Of a stretch of 64,000 nt of DNA, positions 48,005-58,205 are shown one piece after another. The notes beneath the pieces were generated by a model. The model searched no databases. It worked only from the letters and a program-made list of their open reading frames with translations, and had not been told where the DNA came from. The first letter of the stretch is position 1; each line of letters opens with the position of its first letter. Source of the stretch: Sedimentisphaerales bacterium (GTDB taxonomy: Bacteria; Planctomycetota; Phycisphaerae; Sedimentisphaerales; SM23-30); the NCBI GenBank assembly GCA_963666285.1, contig OY762711.1. The stretch is one strand, 5' to 3'. Position numbers and translations under genes: made by a program.

Positions 48005-50971
48005 ATGAGTAGGAAAGAATGTTTGGTAAGTGTATCTAAAAAGTCATACTTGGTTTTATTATTTATTGTTTGCCTGATTGGAATGTTTGGTGTTTCGTCA
48101 GCTGTCGCATCCCATGTTATGGAAAATCTCGACAGGGGGGTAGTTGCTGTCAGGACTGGCAATGGTATCTTTCTCAGCTGGCGTATGTTTGGTACCGACC
48201 CTGATAGTATCGGGTTTAATATATACTGCAATTCCACGCTGGTAAACACTTCTCCGATTACCGGCTCAACAAACTATATAGACCGATCCGGTAGTGTTAA
48301 TGATATATACCAGGTTGTGCCCGTTTTGCACGGTATCGAACTGGAGGCTGCTGAACCGGCGTCTGTCTGGGCCAATCAATACTTAGAAATACCTCTTCAG
48401 GTTCCTCCCTCAGGTACTACGCCTGCCGGAGCTAGTTATACCTACAGCCCCAATGATGCAAGTGTTGGTGATCTGGATGGTGACGGCCAGTATGAAATAG
48501 TGCTGAAATGGGATCCTTCAAATTCACAGGATAATTCTGTTTCCGGTTATACCGGCAATGTTTATCTTGATGCCTATGAGCTTGACGGCACAATGCTCTG
48601 GAGGATTGATTTAGGGGTAAATATTCGTGCCGGGGCACATTATACCCAGTTCATTGTATATGATCTCGACAGTGATGGTTTTGCCGAAGTTGCCTGCCGG
48701 ACTTCTGATGGTACTATTGACGGAATCGGTAATGCTATTGAAGATCCGAATGCTGACTATCGCCGTTCTGATGGATATATCTTTACCGGACCAGAATATC
48801 TGACTATATTTGACGGCATGACCGGGGCGGCAATCAGCAATTCAGATTTCTATCCCAACCGTGTTAACGTCAGCCAGTGGGGAGATGGCTACGGCAATCG
48901 CTGCGACCGTTTTCTGGCTGGTGTTGCCTATCTTGACGGTCGGTATCCTAGTTTGATTATGGCCCGCGGCTATTATGGCCCCAGGGGTGGTTATTCGGCT
49001 CGGAATGAAATTGTAGCTTATAACTGGAGAGATGGCACACTTGAGCAGGTGTGGTACTTTAAGGCCCATACTTCCGGTCCTAATGCCGATTATATTGGTC
49101 AGGGCTGCCACAGCCTGAGTATTAACGATGTTGACGGTGATGGCAGAGATGAAATAGTATATGGTTCATGTACTATTGATGACGATGGTACCGGTCTGTA
49201 TACGACCGGTTTAGGGCATGGTGATGCCCTTCATGTAGGTGATTTCAATCAGGACAACGGCGGGCTTGAAGTATGGCAATGCCATGAAGATTCTCCTTAT
49301 GGAGCTTCCTTGCGTAACGCGGATACCGGTGATATTATCTTCAGGTTTGAAGCTTCTGATGATACCGGTCGTGCCTGTGCCGGGGATATTACCGCAGACT
49401 ACAGTGGTACAGAGGTATGGGCCTCCGGTGGAGTACCGCTTTCTGCTGTATATGGAGTAAATCTCGGAAGTCATTCCAATCCGGTAAACTTTATGGTCTG
49501 GTGGGATGGCGACCTGCTCCGGGAATTCCTCGATAGCAATGTAATTAGCAAATACAAATATGGAACATTGTTAACTGCTGGTGGCTGCTCATCAAATAAC
49601 AGTACCAAGTCTACTCCCTGTCTTTCAGTTGATATACTCGGTGACTGGCGTGAAGAGGTAATTTGGCGTACCAGTGATAATAGTGCTATCCGAATTTATA
49701 CTACAACAATCGAAACCAGCCACCGCCTTTATACCCTGATGCACGATTCTCAATACCGGGTAAGTATTGCCTGGCAGAATACGGCATATAATCAGCCGCC
49801 GCATACCAGTTTCTTCCTTGGCGATCATATGAGCTATCTCCCTGTCCCGGATATTGAGCTGGTTGATGGCGCTGTTCCTGGTGAACCGGCAGTATTAAGT
49901 GAAATATGGTCTGATATTTCCGGTGATACAGTTAATGATCTAACGTCAAGTGCCGGTTATCCTGGCAGTCCGGATACGATTAATTATATCTCGAGTTTTG
50001 AAAAAACTGCTGATACAGCTGATAATTATGGTACTCGTTTAAGAAGTTACCTGGTACCTCCATCTGATGGTGATTACATTTTCTGGATTGCTGCCGATGA
50101 ATCTGCTGAATTATGGCTCAGCTCAGATGCGTTTGCCGCTAATGCCGCGAAAATTGCGTCTGTCTCAAGTGCCACAGAACCTCGGCTGTGGGATATTTTG
50201 CCTGAGCAGCAATCAGTAACTATTTCTCTGCTGGCAGGCAGAAAGTACTATATCGAGTTATTGTATAAGGAGTCTGTTGGTCATGACCATTATTCAGTTG
50301 CCTGGCAGGGACCAAATATCACCAGGCAGGTAATTACCAGTGATTACCTTGAACCTTGGGTATATATCGATTATTTGCGAGGCGATTTTAATAGCGATTA
50401 TGTGGTTAATCAAGCAGACCTTGCCGATTTCGGCGTCATATGGTTGGATTTCGACTGCGATTATGATATGAGTGTCGATTTTAACGGTGACTGTATTATT
50501 AATATTAGTGATTTCTCTGTTATTGCCGAAAGCTGGCTCGCCGATATTGCACCCCAGGTCATAACTAAGCTTATCCAGGAAAATGAGGACGGTTATATAG
50601 GTGTGTTTGATGGGTCCGTTGATAATAACAATGCCGACTTTACCGGGGCAGGTTTTGTCAATACAGATAATGCCTATGACCAGTACATAGAATGGCAGGT
50701 TGAGGCTCTTGCTGATGGCTATTGTCAGCTTCAATGGCGATATGCTAACGGTGCTTCGGCTAACAGGACCGGAGCCGTAAGTATAAATGGTAATACTCAG
50801 GTTCAGAATATTGATTTTACTGCAACAGGAAACTGGACTACCTGGGATACAGCATCTCCGGCTTCTGTTATGCTTTCTGAAGGAACCAATACCATTCGCC
50901 TTATTGCTGAAACATCGTCGGGCCTGGCCAATATCGATTGGTTTCAGATTACCGGTCCGGTTGCGGAATAA
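48005..50971 (+). CDS. PL11 rhamnogalacturonan lyase + PA14 + dockerin-like pair + CBM35-like
   Basis: MENLDRGVVAV, NDASVGDLDGDGQYE, NIRAGAHYTQF, GNRCDRFLA, GHGDALH, DILGDWREE, QNTAYNQPPH (YesW/YesX-like). Confidence 0.93.
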   Translation: MSRKECLVSVSKKSYLVLLFIVCLIGMFGVSSAVASHVMENLDRGVVAVRTGNGIFLSWRMFGTDPDSIGFNIYCNSTLVNTSPITGSTNYIDRSGSVNDIYQVVPVLHGIELEAAEPASVWANQYLEIPLQVPPSGTTPAGASYTYSPNDASVGDLDGDGQYEIVLKWDPSNSQDNSVSGYTGNVYLDAYELDGTMLWRIDLGVNIRAGAHYTQFIVYDLDSDGFAEVACRTSDGTIDGIGNAIEDPNADYRRSDGYIFTGPEYLTIFDGMTGAAISNSDFYPNRVNVSQWGDGYGNRCDRFLAGVAYLDGRYPSLIMARGYYGPRGGYSARNEIVAYNWRDGTLEQVWYFKAHTSGPNADYIGQGCHSLSINDVDGDGRDEIVYGSCTIDDDGTGLYTTGLGHGDALHVGDFNQDNGGLEVWQCHEDSPYGASLRNADTGDIIFRFEASDDTGRACAGDITADYSGTEVWASGGVPLSAVYGVNLGSHSNPVNFMVWWDGDLLREFLDSNVISKYKYGTLLTAGGCSSNNSTKSTPCLSVDILGDWREEVIWRTSDNSAIRIYTTTIETSHRLYTLMHDSQYRVSIAWQNTAYNQPPHTSFFLGDHMSYLPVPDIELVDGAVPGEPAVLSEIWSDISGDTVNDLTSSAGYPGSPDTINYISSFEKTADTADNYGTRLRSYLVPPSDGDYIFWIAADESAELWLSSDAFAANAAKIASVSSATEPRLWDILPEQQSVTISLLAGRKYYIELLYKESVGHDHYSVAWQGPNITRQVITSDYLEPWVYIDYLRGDFNSDYVVNQADLADFGVIWLDFDCDYDMSVDFNGDCIINISDFSVIAESWLADIAPQVITKLIQENEDGYIGVFDGSVDNNNADFTGAGFVNTDNAYDQYIEWQVEALADGYCQLQWRYANGASANRTGAVSINGNTQVQNIDFTATGNWTTWDTASPASVMLSEGTNTIRLIAETSSGLANIDWFQITGPVAE

Positions 50972-51028
50972 TATGTTTTTTCAAACTGACCATCGAATAG
51001 TTTGAGTAATTAATTAAAGGAATATCTT

Positions 51029-52210
51029 ATGATTGACAGAATTGTGAAGAGGAACTTGCCGAAAATAAGTATTATATTATTTCTCTGTTCTGTGTTTTTT
51101 GTTAGCTCTTGTACTTCTACAAAGCAGACTAAAGTATTAATGAAAGACTTTCCCGCGGCGAAAGAAGTATTGGCTGATATGGAACTGGCCAATAAATATT
51201 TCATGGACAAATGGCCTGATCCCGGCAAACCTATAGTTACCAATAAGAAACGCCCCAGCAATATCTGGACACGTGGCACCTATTACGAAGGCCTTATGGC
51301 ATTGTATGGAATTGACCCGCAAAAAGCTTATTATGACTATGCCGTTGAATGGGGTGAATTTCATAAATGGGGTCTGAGAAACGGAAACGCTACCCGTAAT
51401 GCCGATGACCAGTGCTGCGGTCAGACTTATATTGACCTGTATTTAATTGATCCCAAACCTGAACGAATAGCAAATATTAAAGATAATATTGATAGAATGG
51501 TCAATAGCACCCAGGTTGACGACTGGTGGTGGATTGATGCCCTTCAAATGGCGATGCCTGTCTTTGCCAAACTTGGTGTTATCTATAATGACAATAAATA
51601 CTTTGAAAAGATGTATGAGATATATAACTACACCAAAGTTTCACATGGCGATAACGGCTTGTATAACCCTCAACATGGTCTCTGGTGGCGTGATAAGGAT
51701 TACGATCCGCCGTTTGTTACGCCCAATGGCAAAGACTGCTACTGGTCACGCGGCAACGGCTGGGTGATCGCGGCAATGGCCAGGGTTATCGATATTATGC
51801 CGAAAAATGCTCCGCATCGGGATGAGTATTTGAATATGTTCAAGGTTATGGCAGAGGCTCTTATCCCTTTGCAAAGAACTGATGGGTTCTGGAATGTCAG
51901 TTTGCATGATCCGGATCATTTTGGCGGCAGGGAAACTACCGGTACCGCTTTCTTTGTATATGCTATGGCATGGGGTGTCAATCAGGATATTCTTGACAGA
52001 GAGACTTACCTGCCGGTAATCGCAAAAGGGTGGAATGCCATGGTTAATGATGCCCTGCATGATAACGGCTTTCTGGGCTATGTGCAAAGTACAGGCAAAG
52101 AACCGGAAGCCGGTCAGCCGGTAACTTATGACAAGATACCGGACTTTGAGGATTACGGTCTGGGTGCCTTCCTTCTTGCTGGCAGTGAAGTTTACCGGCT
52201 GGTAAAATAG
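51029..52210 (+). CDS. GH105 unsaturated rhamnogalacturonyl hydrolase, probable lipoprotein
   Basis: Lipobox-like VSSC; NADDQCCGQ, WWWIDALQMAMP, YWSRGNGW, ETTGTAFF, YGLGAFLLAG. Confidence 0.9.
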   Translation: MIDRIVKRNLPKISIILFLCSVFFVSSCTSTKQTKVLMKDFPAAKEVLADMELANKYFMDKWPDPGKPIVTNKKRPSNIWTRGTYYEGLMALYGIDPQKAYYDYAVEWGEFHKWGLRNGNATRNADDQCCGQTYIDLYLIDPKPERIANIKDNIDRMVNSTQVDDWWWIDALQMAMPVFAKLGVIYNDNKYFEKMYEIYNYTKVSHGDNGLYNPQHGLWWRDKDYDPPFVTPNGKDCYWSRGNGWVIAAMARVIDIMPKNAPHRDEYLNMFKVMAEALIPLQRTDGFWNVSLHDPDHFGGRETTGTAFFVYAMAWGVNQDILDRETYLPVIAKGWNAMVNDALHDNGFLGYVQSTGKEPEAGQPVTYDKIPDFEDYGLGAFLLAGSEVYRLVK

Positions 52211-52302
52211 ATCACCGCTTAACAGGCACCTGAAACTGACAAATATAATGTCTGACATCTTTTAAACTGACCATAAGTCAATTTGAGTTAATCGTTTTTT
52301 AT

Positions 52303-52355
52303 AGACTCTGATAAAGGACAGTTCTCTAAGTGCTGAATTGCTTTTATCAGGGTCT
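52303..52355. terminator. Long stem-loop between convergent GH105 and GH106 genes
   Basis: AGACTCTGATAAAG ... TTTTATCAGGGTCT. Confidence 0.6.
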
Positions 52356-52470
52356 TTGCATTTAACTCTGCCCCGGAAATCGAGGTATGGGTATGATACT
52401 TCGGAAAATACAGTTCGTATAGCTTATCTTCTGTGTATTGTTCATATATGTCAGCTACTAATTTGGTTAT

Positions 52471-55215
52471 CTATTCCTGAGCGATTTTCTTTAGCGGGGC
52501 TATTGTGACAGGCCCGATTAGTCCTGAGTCAAATAGCGGCCAGCCTGAAGCGTCAAAAGGTTTGTAATCGATATTAACTATATTGATGTCATAGAAATAT
52601 TTCCAGTTTACCTTTTTTATGTCCAGGTCTCTTACCCTGTTTGCCGCAAGGTTGGTTACTTCTACTTCAAGGGTATTGGTCCCGTCATTTAAATATGGCC
52701 CGACATTGATCTGGAAAGGTTCAGACCACAGTGTACCGAGATATTTTCCGTTCACTGTTGCCTTGGCACTGTTGCATACCTTTCCTAAATCAAGTGTCCA
52801 GTCATCTGCTTTTAATCTTGGAACCTCAAATTTAAGAGTATATCGTGCTGTGCCGTAGAACCGGTCGACTTCGCCATCTTCAAATTCTGTCCAGCTGGTA
52901 AGCTTACTTATTTCCTGTTTGGCCGGCAGGGCGGGGCCGCCGTCAATAAATTCAACCGTCCAGTTCCCTTTAAGCTCAATAGGTTTGACTGTAGTGTTTG
53001 TATATGACCATTTTCTGCCTAAGTGTTGGTCGCTGGCAAATGTCCTTAGAATAAGCGATTCATGCGGTTTCATTTGAAGGTATATATCTGTTCGACCGTT
53101 AATATTTCTAACAGCCGCTTTACCAATACGGTTTTCATATAACGGGTCCATAAGCATCGCATCAATCGCTGGTTTGCCTAATGTTACCCAGCCATCAAAG
53201 CTGTTATCCTGGTTAACCAGAAAATAGTCAAAGCCGTTTTCGCTGCGCTTGCGTATAAAGCTTATCCCATTTTCCGCCAGGCTTTCACGTGTAATTGTCG
53301 CCTGTTCCAGCATCCAGGCCAACTCTGCCACCATTATCATTCCCTTACCGTGAGGAATCTTTATGTTTGCCTGATGGAGCCTGTTCAGGCGAGACTCTCT
53401 TGAATCTTTCTCCGGCATTATTTTATCTATAAGGATCTTTCTTTTTGTCTTTCTAAACCTGAAATCTTTCAGACCGGGCACATCATCAGGTATTTTTTCC
53501 TGGAATAATACGCTGGCACCATCTTCTGCCAGGGAAAGCAGCTTTTCTATCGTCTTTTCCGGCATAAATCTGGTATAGGGGATTACTATAGATTCGTATT
53601 CGGTATCATTGATTACGATCTTGCCATCTACACATAATGCCTTCTTCAGGTAGCTGTCTGATACCGCATCATAGCTGTACCCGTGTTTGTTCAGCTCTTC
53701 CGCTGTCCGGGCATAAACCGATGGATGCAGCCATTCATTCTGGTTATGGATAGTGAATGTCATATGCAGTTTATCTTTATTGTACCAGTAGTCGTACATA
53801 GGGAAATACAGCAGAATATCATTATCGGATTTTCTGGTTTGCAGAATACTCTGGCAACGGGTTACATAGCTGTTATATGTCGGTAGGTTTTTCCATAGCC
53901 CGCCTCCGGAACCGAAATTAACTGATGCGTAAAATTGCCATCCCGGCCATTCTGCTTCCTGGGGTGAATATGGTATGCCGTGGAAGAAGATATGGTTTAC
54001 CCCTGCCAGAAACATAAAATCAGTAGCACTTTTCAGATCGGACGGAGCAGTCTGGAAATGTTCTTTTAGCCAGGTGAATGTCTCTGATGATACCAGGTTG
54101 CAACCGTTCAGGTGAGCTGCCGAAGAGCTTAACTTCAGCATCGTCATCTGCTCTTCTTCAACTTTGCGAAATATCTCGGTTTCCGGAATGTCACTTGCTC
54201 CGTACAGGTCAATCAGGTTTGCCGGTGCACCGTGTGCCTGGTTTCTCGATTTGCTGCCGTGTGTGTGACACCATTCTGTCCATTCTTTGATATATTCCAG
54301 GTGTAGATCGTTTATTGTCTCATGATAGTCACTCATTACCCTGCAAATAGAATCTTCCATGCCGATACCAAAGAGTGGTTCCATATTGTCACGAAGGTCG
54401 TAACCGCGTCGATTCTCAAACTCTGCAAAGAAATCAGGTGTCCATGTTGCACCGTAGTATTCAAATGAGTCGTGAAATTGGCATCTTGGTGAACTGTTAA
54501 GTTTACTTAGTGCTTCATCAAAAGGTTCGAGATACGCCTTCAGGGCATCTACTGAGTAAGGATTAACTACATAACCTTCTCCGCCGGGGGCGGCTCGCTT
54601 TACTCGCTGGACTGGTATTTTCATCGCCGCCGCCAGGATAGCCCATTGTCCATCTGGAGCATCCCAGGCAAGCTTGCCGTCATTAACCTTATCGATAAGC
54701 TCGACTTTCTGCCCGTCTTTGGATATCGCTGTCAGATATATCAGTTTTCCTTTTGGCAAATCTTCTGACAGTTTGTTATCCTTATATGAAATCTCTTTGA
54801 GAATAATACCTGCCGATGCGGTCTCTTTGCTTACCATGGGCCCGCCAAACGGCCAGCCGGTTCCGGTTGTCAGGTCTATTCCCATGCCAAGATCGGTGGC
54901 CTCACTCAAAGTGTGGCCCAGCATCTCTATCCATTCAGGTGTCAAAAAATCTATAAACTTATCTTCGTAACCCTTTACCCCGTAAATCGGACATATCTCC
55001 ATCCCGCCTATGCTTGCCGCATTATATTCATTCAGCAAAATTGAAAGATTCTGCTTATCTACGGCACTGCCCATCCACCACCATCTCGACCATGGCTTCA
55101 TTTGTGATGTTGCCTCCGGCCATTCTGCTGCTGAAGTTCCAGCATAAACTGTCCCGGCAATAGCCATATAAATTATGAATACAATAGCTAAGCTGTTACG
55201 AATAGTTCTTTTCAT
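52471..55215 (-). CDS. GH106 alpha-L-rhamnosidase (RG-I backbone type)
   Basis: KPWSRWWWMGSAVD, GGMEICPIYG, TGTGWPFGGP, FHDSFEY, RNQAHGAP, PETE, SSETFTWL; ATG 55215 preferred to 55245, which overlaps the upstream gene. Confidence 0.88.
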   Translation of the reverse strand: MKRTIRNSLAIVFIIYMAIAGTVYAGTSAAEWPEATSQMKPWSRWWWMGSAVDKQNLSILLNEYNAASIGGMEICPIYGVKGYEDKFIDFLTPEWIEMLGHTLSEATDLGMGIDLTTGTGWPFGGPMVSKETASAGIILKEISYKDNKLSEDLPKGKLIYLTAISKDGQKVELIDKVNDGKLAWDAPDGQWAILAAAMKIPVQRVKRAAPGGEGYVVNPYSVDALKAYLEPFDEALSKLNSSPRCQFHDSFEYYGATWTPDFFAEFENRRGYDLRDNMEPLFGIGMEDSICRVMSDYHETINDLHLEYIKEWTEWCHTHGSKSRNQAHGAPANLIDLYGASDIPETEIFRKVEEEQMTMLKLSSSAAHLNGCNLVSSETFTWLKEHFQTAPSDLKSATDFMFLAGVNHIFFHGIPYSPQEAEWPGWQFYASVNFGSGGGLWKNLPTYNSYVTRCQSILQTRKSDNDILLYFPMYDYWYNKDKLHMTFTIHNQNEWLHPSVYARTAEELNKHGYSYDAVSDSYLKKALCVDGKIVINDTEYESIVIPYTRFMPEKTIEKLLSLAEDGASVLFQEKIPDDVPGLKDFRFRKTKRKILIDKIMPEKDSRESRLNRLHQANIKIPHGKGMIMVAELAWMLEQATITRESLAENGISFIRKRSENGFDYFLVNQDNSFDGWVTLGKPAIDAMLMDPLYENRIGKAAVRNINGRTDIYLQMKPHESLILRTFASDQHLGRKWSYTNTTVKPIELKGNWTVEFIDGGPALPAKQEISKLTSWTEFEDGEVDRFYGTARYTLKFEVPRLKADDWTLDLGKVCNSAKATVNGKYLGTLWSEPFQINVGPYLNDGTNTLEVEVTNLAANRVRDLDIKKVNWKYFYDINIVNIDYKPFDASGWPLFDSGLIGPVTIAPLKKIAQE

Positions 55216-55234
55216 TTTTTGATCCTTAATGATA

Positions 55235-56794
55235 TTAAAAATCATCGCTGCGGAACGGTGAAGCCGGTAGTCCGTCCTTATTATACAAACTTGTATATGG
55301 GTTGTCGTTCCAGCCGTATCGTACGGCGATTGGACTGATTACTTCCGGGCTGGATACTACTATTGTATCACCATTGATCTCTGCATCTGCCCAGACAAAT
55401 TTATGATCTTTGCCGGCAACAGCAAAACCTTGCAGTTTTGTGGTTTTGAAGATTAAGCCTTTTCCTATACTGTAATCTTTGAAGAAAACTTGTATTTTGT
55501 TGCCGTCTATTATTATGTGGTCAAAAATAGGACCGGAATCGGTAACTGTTTTGTCATATACTCTGTTTTCTGCCAGTAATGACAATCGCCTTCCAACTTC
55601 CTGTTTATTCTTCGGGTGGATATTCTTGGCATTGCCGATATCAACAGATACTGCCATGCCGGTATTTGGTATAGACAGATTCTTCAATTGGCTGTCACGA
55701 ACTTCGGTTGTTCCGCCGCCTTTACATGGCTCGTTTGATTTATATCTGAAATTTGCAAGTTGAACAAAATAGAATGGAAAATCTCCTTGTCCCCACTCGT
55801 CTCTCCAGCATTCGATTAGTGTTTCCATTATTACATCATAAATATCTGCTGTTCCGGCATTAGATTCGCCCTGGTACCAGATTGCTCCTCTAATGGCATA
55901 AGGGACCAATGGTGCTACCATGCCATTATAAAGCAGGCTTGGATTGTGCTGGTCTGTGTGAGGGTTTCTTGGCTTGCCTGGCTTTTTGGGTTCTTTTTCA
56001 CCTGCGGCTTTTGCTTTTTCTGACGCTGCTTTCCACTCTTCCAGTTTTGCTTCATATTCTTTGATAGCACTTCCGCTGTCATAGTCGGCACATTTTTCGG
56101 CATAATTATCCAGCAGGAATTTTAGCTCTGGCTTGGCTTCCAGTGCCTCCCGGCTTGTCCACGCTTCTGCCGTACTGGCACCATAAGCTGTTGTTACCAG
56201 GCCAATTGGTATATCAATACTCTTTTGCAGTTCCCTGGCAAAGAAATATGCTGTTGCGCAAAAATGCCCTACAGTCTTGGGGCTGCAAATTTCCCATTTC
56301 GCTTCAAGGTCTGTTTGTGTCTCGTCTGTAATCAGGGATGGGGCGTTAAATACTCGAATCATTGGGTAGTTGGCAGCAGCTTCTTCCTGCTCCTGGTTAT
56401 TTACTCCGCACCAGTAATATCCGCCTTTCTCTGTTACTGTCATTTCCATATTGGATTGACCCGAACAGAGCCATACTTCACCAATATAGATATCTTCATA
56501 CGTAACAGTATCGGCTGTACCTTTGATTACCATTTTGTATGGGCCGCCGACATTCATAGAGCTTAAATTTAATTTCCATTTACCATCTGCACCGGCCTTG
56601 GTACTTACTTTCTGGCCATTGAATATTACCGTAATTGTTTCGTTGGCAGCTGACTTGCCCCATATCGGTACTGTCCGGCCTTGCTGAAGTACCATGTGAT
56701 CGCCAAATACACCGGCAGGTTTTACCTGTGCAAACAGGGTGTTTGGTATTGTTATTAATATTAAAATACAAAGTAGTGTTCTCAAGTTGTGCAT
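55235..56794 (-). CDS. SASA/sialate O-acetylesterase-like carbohydrate esterase
   Basis: DHMVLQQ, GEVWLCSGQSNM, IRGAIWYQGESN, PFYFVQLA, NIHPKNK, GLPASPFRSD. Confidence 0.9.
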   Translation of the reverse strand: MHNLRTLLCILILITIPNTLFAQVKPAGVFGDHMVLQQGRTVPIWGKSAANETITVIFNGQKVSTKAGADGKWKLNLSSMNVGGPYKMVIKGTADTVTYEDIYIGEVWLCSGQSNMEMTVTEKGGYYWCGVNNQEQEEAAANYPMIRVFNAPSLITDETQTDLEAKWEICSPKTVGHFCATAYFFARELQKSIDIPIGLVTTAYGASTAEAWTSREALEAKPELKFLLDNYAEKCADYDSGSAIKEYEAKLEEWKAASEKAKAAGEKEPKKPGKPRNPHTDQHNPSLLYNGMVAPLVPYAIRGAIWYQGESNAGTADIYDVIMETLIECWRDEWGQGDFPFYFVQLANFRYKSNEPCKGGGTTEVRDSQLKNLSIPNTGMAVSVDIGNAKNIHPKNKQEVGRRLSLLAENRVYDKTVTDSGPIFDHIIIDGNKIQVFFKDYSIGKGLIFKTTKLQGFAVAGKDHKFVWADAEINGDTIVVSSPEVISPIAVRYGWNDNPYTSLYNKDGLPASPFRSDDF

Positions 56795-56819
56795 AAAAAA
56801 TATTCCTTTAGTAAATGTC

Positions 56820-58205
56820 TCAATTTAAGCCTGTTATATTTGAACAGTTTTCCAGTTTGACCTTTGAATTATCAGCGGCTTTTATATTTACATTTTTGAA
56901 TGTCCAGTCTGTCGCATTTTTGATCGTTCCTGCTTTTGATGAAGTAATGTCAATATTTTCAAACGTAAAGTTTCCGGCTGGCTGATTCTTGCGACCGTTA
57001 ACTTTTATAGCGTTCTGGCAGTCTGCACCCTTTACATTGGCAATCCTGATATCATGAATATAAGGCGTCCCCTTATCTTCCGGCACAACCGTCATAAGTT
57101 TTTCCCAGTGCATAGGTAGCTTATCACCTTTGGCCTCGATTTCCTTCCTGACTTCGTCTGGTACTGTGTTGTACGCAGGGTACCAGTCGTATTCCAGTTT
57201 TATCGCGTCCCTGACATTGTACATGTCAATATCATGGATATACGCATTTCGTACCGTTCCGCCTCGGCCCTGGGTAGATTTGAACCTTATGCCGGTACTG
57301 GTACCGTAAGCTTTCAGATTGTAAACTTCGACATTATACATGCCGCCGGATGTTTCACTGCCGAAGGTTATCAAACCATGTCCTTTCCGGGCTATACAAT
57401 CGCGAATGACAACATTATAAGTAGGGCGGTTTACTCTCAAGCCGTCTGAGTCACGACCGGCTTTTAGGCAGAAATTATCATCATTACAGTCGATATCACA
57501 GTTTTGTACCAGGATATTATTCGATGAATCGATATCTATGCCATCTGAGCTTGGGCCGACTTTCTCGTCCAGGTTTGCCCGGATTGTCAGGCCGTCAACT
57601 AGTACGTTGGAACTATAACAGATATGGACTGTCCAGAAGCCCGGCTCTTTTAATGTCAGGCCTTCTAGTGAAATATTAGAGGCATTGTAGATGAGCATCA
57701 GCCGCGGACGTTTGCAGTCGTAATCGACCACCCATCGCAGACCCTTCGCATCATATTCGCGACGCATATTCCAGTATTTATCCCACCAGACAGAACCGGA
57801 TCCGTCAATTGTACCTTTTCCGTAGATCTTGATACCGGTTACATCATAGGCATTAATCAATGCCGCCGGCCATATTGTCTCTATTCCGGCTACTCTGGTA
57901 TATACATCCGGGTATAGTGACTCATCCTGAATACCTTTTATCAGCACATTTTCATCTACTCGCAGATTTACGTTATCTTTCAGGAAGATCGAACCGGTCA
58001 TATATGTGCCCGGGTCGAACACAACCGTGCCTCCCCCGGCTTCTGTACAGGCGTCGATTGCCTTTTGGATCATCTTGGTATTATCTGTTTTTCCATCCGC
58101 TTTTGCTCCGTATTTGCACACATTAAATTCGGCAGCTAATACCGGCATTGATAATATCGCAAGGACAGCAGCGATTGCTATTTTCTGATAAAAACTTTTT
58201 AACAT
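56820..58205 (-). CDS. GH28 exo-acting galacturonidase, possibly rhamnogalacturonan-specific
   Basis: IQKAID.C...GGG.V, SSDGIDIDSS, CNDD, GHG, RFK (variants of NTD/DD/GHG/RIK); AGGAG RBS. Confidence 0.88.
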   Translation of the reverse strand: MLKSFYQKIAIAAVLAILSMPVLAAEFNVCKYGAKADGKTDNTKMIQKAIDACTEAGGGTVVFDPGTYMTGSIFLKDNVNLRVDENVLIKGIQDESLYPDVYTRVAGIETIWPAALINAYDVTGIKIYGKGTIDGSGSVWWDKYWNMRREYDAKGLRWVVDYDCKRPRLMLIYNASNISLEGLTLKEPGFWTVHICYSSNVLVDGLTIRANLDEKVGPSSDGIDIDSSNNILVQNCDIDCNDDNFCLKAGRDSDGLRVNRPTYNVVIRDCIARKGHGLITFGSETSGGMYNVEVYNLKAYGTSTGIRFKSTQGRGGTVRNAYIHDIDMYNVRDAIKLEYDWYPAYNTVPDEVRKEIEAKGDKLPMHWEKLMTVVPEDKGTPYIHDIRIANVKGADCQNAIKVNGRKNQPAGNFTFENIDITSSKAGTIKNATDWTFKNVNIKAADNSKVKLENCSNITGLN

